This document shows positions 59,760-64,000 of a stretch of 64,000 nt of DNA, one piece after another (the first letter of the stretch is position 1; every line of letters starts with the position of its first letter). The stretch comes from Candidatus Deferrimicrobiaceae bacterium (GTDB taxonomy: Bacteria; Desulfobacterota; Deferrimicrobia; Deferrimicrobiales; Deferrimicrobiaceae). The position numbers and the translations under genes were made by a program. The notes below the pieces were generated by a model. It did not search any database. It worked only from the letters and a program-made list of their open reading frames with translations, and was not told the origin of the DNA. The DNA lies in contig CAWBVY010000004.1 in assembly GCA_963792415.1 (NCBI GenBank), forward strand, positions 320,001-384,000, in the 5' to 3' direction.

Positions 59760-61271
59760 TTGGAAGCCACCGTCACGAAAACCATCGGTCATTTCGTCAA
59801 TGGCAGGATCCTGCCGGGCTCCGGAGAGCGGTACGGAAACGTTTACGACCCTGCAAAGGGAGAGGTCACCGCCCGCGTATCGTTCGCCGGAAAGAAGGAG
59901 GTGGAGGAGGCCGTCGCCTCGGCCGCCGCCGCGTTTCCGGCCTGGGCCGCCACTCCGCCGCTGCGGCGCGCAAGGGTCCTGTTCCGGTTCAAGGAGCTGC
60001 TGGAACGGAACGCCGATGAACTTTCGGCCCTGATCACGTCGGAGCACGGCAAGGTGCTGAGCGACGCGCGTGGCTCCCTGACCCGGGGGATCGAGGTGGT
60101 GGAGTTCGCCTGCGGGATCCCCCACCTGTTGAAGGGGAGCTTTTCGGAAAACGTCGGGACCGGCGTCGACAGCTACTCCTTCCGGCAGCCGCTCGGCGTG
60201 TGCGCGGGGGTCTCCCCGTTCAACTTCCCCGCGATGGTGCCGATGTGGATGTTTCCCGTCGCCATCGCCTGCGGCAACACCTTCATCCTGAAGCCCTCCG
60301 AGAAGGACCCCTCCTGCCCGTTGCGGCTCGCCGAGCTCTTTTCCGAGGCGGGTCTGCCGCCGGGAGTCTTCAACGTGGTGAACGGGGACAAGGAGGCGGT
60401 CGAGCTGCTGGCCTCGCACCCGAAGGTCTCCGCGGTGAGTTTCGTCGGGTCCAGCGTCGTCGGCGAGCAGGTGCACCGGACGGCCACGGCCCATGGCAAG
60501 CGGGCGCAGGCCCTGTGCAGCGCGAAGAACCACGCCATCGTGATGGCCGATGCCGACCTCGACCAGGCGGTGGACGCCCTGATGGGGGCCGCGTACGGGT
60601 CCGCGGGGGAGCGGTGCATGGCCATCTCCGTCGTCGTCGCGGTCGGGGACAAGGTCGCCGACGAACTGGTGAAGCGGATCGTGGAACGGATCCGGACACT
60701 CAAGGTCCGACCCGGCCTGGCTCCGGAAGCGGAGATGGGCCCGCTCGTCACGGGCGAACACCTGGAGCGGGTGAAGGGATACGTCGACCTGGGGGTAAAG
60801 GAAGGGGCGAAGCTCGTGGCGGACGGGCGGGGGCTCAAGGTCGCGGGCCACGAAAACGGCTTCTTCCTCGGCGCCTGCCTGTTCGACCGGGTGACGCCCG
60901 GAATGAGGATCTACCGGGAGGAGATCTTCGGTCCCGTCCTTTCCCTGGTGCGGGTCCCGGACTTCGAGGCGGCCTTGAAGCTGGTGAACGACCACGAGTT
61001 CGCCAACGGGACCGCCGTCTTCACGCGCGACGGCGACACCGCGCGCGAATTCGCCGGCAGGGTCGAGGTGGGGATGGTCGGGATCAACGTGCCGATCCCC
61101 GTCCCGGTGGCGTTCTACAGCTTCGGGGGGTGGAAGCGGTCCATTTTCGGGGACTATTTCGTGCACGGCACCGAGGGGGTGAACTTCTACACCCGGATGA
61201 AGACGATCACGTCCCGATGGCCGACCGGGATTCGCGCCGGAGCGGATTTCGTCATGCCGACCATGAAGTAG
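59760..61271 (+). CDS. mmsA: CoA-acylating (methyl)malonate-semialdehyde dehydrogenase
   Basis: [41 protein letters not shown]; TTG start after AGGAGG. Confidence 0.92.
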   Translation: MEATVTKTIGHFVNGRILPGSGERYGNVYDPAKGEVTARVSFAGKKEVEEAVASAAAAFPAWAATPPLRRARVLFRFKELLERNADELSALITSEHGKVLSDARGSLTRGIEVVEFACGIPHLLKGSFSENVGTGVDSYSFRQPLGVCAGVSPFNFPAMVPMWMFPVAIACGNTFILKPSEKDPSCPLRLAELFSEAGLPPGVFNVVNGDKEAVELLASHPKVSAVSFVGSSVVGEQVHRTATAHGKRAQALCSAKNHAIVMADADLDQAVDALMGAAYGSAGERCMAISVVVAVGDKVADELVKRIVERIRTLKVRPGLAPEAEMGPLVTGEHLERVKGYVDLGVKEGAKLVADGRGLKVAGHENGFFLGACLFDRVTPGMRIYREEIFGPVLSLVRVPDFEAALKLVNDHEFANGTAVFTRDGDTAREFAGRVEVGMVGINVPIPVPVAFYSFGGWKRSIFGDYFVHGTEGVNFYTRMKTITSRWPTGIRAGADFVMPTMK

Positions 61272-61289
61272 GGGCCCGCTCGCCCTGGA

Positions 61290-62590
61290 TCACGTTTTGT
61301 CGTATTCCCGGACGCGGCACCAGGTTTCCCGGGTGAAGGAAACGGCCGCCACCGACAGGCAGGAGCTGAGGAACAGCCACAGGAACGCCGCCGAATAGGC
61401 GTCCGCATCGTAGATCCGCACCCCGTTGACCAGCAGTCCGTTCCAATGCCGGTCGAGAATGCCCCCGAGCACCGGTTGCATGACCGCCGCGAAGCCCAGG
61501 GGGCCCATGTTGACCACCCCGGCCCCGGCCCCGGTCGCCCCGGGATGGTTGGCCTCCCGGGAATGGGCGAAGCCGATGATCATGGCCCCGGAGGTGAACC
61601 CGATGGCGGCGAACAGGGGATACAGGAGAGTCCGGGGGATCTCCCCCCAGAAGAGAAAGACCCCCCACAGCGTCGCGCTCGCGACGTTCGCCGCCAGGTA
61701 GGGAAGCTTGCGCCGCCCGATGCGGTCGGACACCCCTCCCAGGGTCGGACCCCCGACGGCCCAGGCGACGAGCATGGTCGAGGTCAGCGCGGCCGCGTGA
61801 CCGCGGTCGAGCCCGTACACCTGGGTCAGGTAGGGGACCCCCCACAATCCGGCGAACACCAGCACCGGGGCCGCCGAAAGGCCGCCGGCCGCCAGCAGCA
61901 GCCACGTTTCCCGCCGGGCGAATACGGTGCGCAGCGCGCGGAACGGCCGGAGGCTCCCTTTCTCGGCCACCGAGGCGTGGACGAAGCTCGTGAACCCGCG
62001 CTCTCCCGGGTCGTCCCGAACCACCGCCCAGATCGCCGCCGCCAGGGCGAACGTGCACGCGGCGCTCGCCACCATCGAGGTCTCGCCAGCCGAAGTGACC
62101 CACCGCCTCCGCGAGCGGCACGCCGGCGAGCACGCCGCCGAGATTGCCGAGCAGAAGGGCGACGCCCGTCACCGTGGCGAACCGGTTGGCCGGGAACCAG
62201 TGGCCGGCGAGCTTCATGCAGGTGACGAACGCGACGCCGACCGCCGCTCCGACCAGCAGGCGGCCGGCAAAGGCGACCCACAGCTGATCCGCGAGGCCGA
62301 ACATCAGCGTGCCGGCCGCGGCCAGGAGGGCCGTCCGATGCGCTGAGGCGCCTCGGGCCGATCGCGTCCGCCAGAAGGCCGCTGGGGATCTGCATCGCCG
62401 TGTAGGAAAAGAAGTAGGCGGCCGACAGGTTTCCGAGCAGCGCCCCGCCGAGCCGGTATTCCCGCATCAATTCGTCGACCATCACCGCGGGCGCGACGCG
62501 CTGGAAAAACCCGACCAGGTAGAAACTGCCCACCAACCCCCACATCAGCCAGGACATCCAGGCGGGCGCGTGACGGGACATGGGTTGCAA
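61290..62590 (-). CDS. MFS transporter; apparent frameshifts near 62335 and 62081
   Basis: FFQRVAPAV, MQIPSGLLADAIGPRR and SDRIGRRK motifs. Confidence 0.85.
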
Positions 62591-62707
62591 CTTTATCCGA
62601 TCCCCCCGGTCACATCAACGATTTCCATTTCCCGTTTCCGTTTGCCGCCAAGGAGATACAATAAACCGGTCGCGTCGTAGGAATCCGCTGCGGGAAGGAC
62701 ACGTGCA

Positions 62708-64000
62708 ATGACCTTACGCTCAAAAGGGAAAGATTTCCTGGCGCTTCCGGAAGCGTACAAGGCGTTCCATGACGGCATCTCCCCCCCGATCCCGTCGTCC
62801 CGGATCTTCTGCGACCCGTTCCGGACGCTCGCCTTCGGCACGGACGCCAGCTTCTACCGCCTCGTCCCGAAAATCGTCGTGAAGGCGAACACCCCGGAGG
62901 AAGTCGCGCATCTGCTGCGGACCGCGGCTCCCTTGAACATTCCCATCACCTTTCGCGCCGCCGGCACGAGCCTGTCGGGACAGGCCGTGACGGATTCCGT
63001 CCTGGTGGTGCTGGCCGGAGGATGGCGGAAGCGGACCATCCATGACGGCGGGGAGAAGATCTCGCTGGAGCCGGGGGTCATCGGCGCGGAGGCGAATGCC
63101 TGCCTCGCCCCGTACCGGCGGAAGATCGGTCCGGACCCCGCCTCGATCAATCATTGCATGATCGGGGGGATCGCCGCCAACAACGCGAGCGGCATGTGCT
63201 GCGGAACGGCGCAGAACAGCTACCGGACCGTGGAGAGCATGAAGATCATCTTCCACGACGGAACGGTCCTGGACACGGGCGACCCGGACTCGCGCCGCTC
63301 CTTCCTGGCCTCCCACGCGGAGATGATCCGGGAGATCGAAAAAATCCGGGACGAGATCGCCGGAGACGGCGTTCTCCGGCAACGGATCCAGGACAAGTTC
63401 CGCATCAAGAACACCACGGGGTACAGCATCAACGCCTTCGTGGATTACTCCGACCCCGTCGACATCCTTCTTCACCTGATGATCGGGTCCGAAGGGACCC
63501 TGGGATTCATCGCGGAAGTCACGTACCGGACCGTGGAGGAGCACGCGCACAATGCCTCGTCCCTGATCCTGTTTCCGGACATCGGGAACGCATGCCGGGC
63601 CACGATCCGGCTCAAGACCGGCCCGGTGTCCGCCGTCGAGCTGATGGACCGCGCCTCCCTCCGGTCCGTCGAGGAGAAGGAAGGGATGCCGGCCTATCTG
63701 AAAACTCTCGGGGATACCGCGACGGGGCTCCTGGTCGAGACGCGGGCCGGCGACGCGGATTCCCTTGCGCGGCAGGTGGAGGAGGTCCTTGGACTCCTTT
63801 CCGATCTCCCGACCGTCTTTCCCGCCGCCTTCACGGACCGGAAGGCGGAGTGCGAGAAGCTCTGGAACGTCCGGAAAGGGCTTTTTCCCGCCGTCGGGGC
63901 GGCGCGGCAGATCGGAACCACGGTGGTCATCGAGGACGTGGTGTTCCCCATCGAGACGCTCGCGGACGCGACCGTGGAGCTCGAGGGTCTGATGAAGAAG
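62708..64000 (+). CDS. FAD-linked D-lactate dehydrogenase-like oxidoreductase (Dld-II/GlcD family), 3' truncated
   Basis: Open frame absent from the ORF track because it has no stop: LAFGTDASFYRLVP, FRAAGTSLSGQ, GPDPAS, ANNASGMCCG, KNTTGYS, GSEGTLGF. Confidence 0.9.
   Translation, partial: MTLRSKGKDFLALPEAYKAFHDGISPPIPSSRIFCDPFRTLAFGTDASFYRLVPKIVVKANTPEEVAHLLRTAAPLNIPITFRAAGTSLSGQAVTDSVLVVLAGGWRKRTIHDGGEKISLEPGVIGAEANACLAPYRRKIGPDPASINHCMIGGIAANNASGMCCGTAQNSYRTVESMKIIFHDGTVLDTGDPDSRRSFLASHAEMIREIEKIRDEIAGDGVLRQRIQDKFRIKNTTGYSINAFVDYSDPVDILLHLMIGSEGTLGFIAEVTYRTVEEHAHNASSLILFPDIGNACRATIRLKTGPVSAVELMDRASLRSVEEKEGMPAYLKTLGDTATGLLVETRAGDADSLARQVEEVLGLLSDLPTVFPAAFTDRKAECEKLWNVRKGLFPAVGAARQIGTTVVIEDVVFPIETLADATVELEGLMKK

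Overview
High-GC bacterial chromosome segment. The gene content suggests a deltaproteobacterial-type anaerobe or facultative metal reducer (inference; Desulfobacterota/MBNT15-like). In order it holds: the 3' part of the complex I operon (nuoD'-N); a Zn-ribbon/rhomboid protein with a degenerate active site; selB; a long coupled operon (mqnL/P/M-type menaquinone genes, REC-GAF2-GGDEF module, def-fmt-rsmB-rpe, LUD, TSUP) ending at tRNA-Pro(CGG); a porin-cytochrome conduit (porin, 5-heme lipoprotein, and a repeat-expanded lipoprotein with 16 CxxCH plus 6 non-canonical CXnCH motifs) divergent from a DsbC that carries its own CxxCH; a six-gene alternative-complex-III/Qrc-like operon; and a ~19 kb organic-acid catabolic region (tartronate semialdehyde reductase, Gcl-like enzyme, Fe-ADH, LarA-family racemase, 2-hydroxyacid dehydrogenase, TRAP plus amidase plus a small membrane protein, MmsA, Dld-II-like). 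Many single-base indels break genes in two zones (7.6-8.4 kb and 44.8-62.3 kb) and look like sequencing errors. No CRISPR array, integrase, transposase or rRNA was seen. All calls come from reading motifs by eye; no database search was run.
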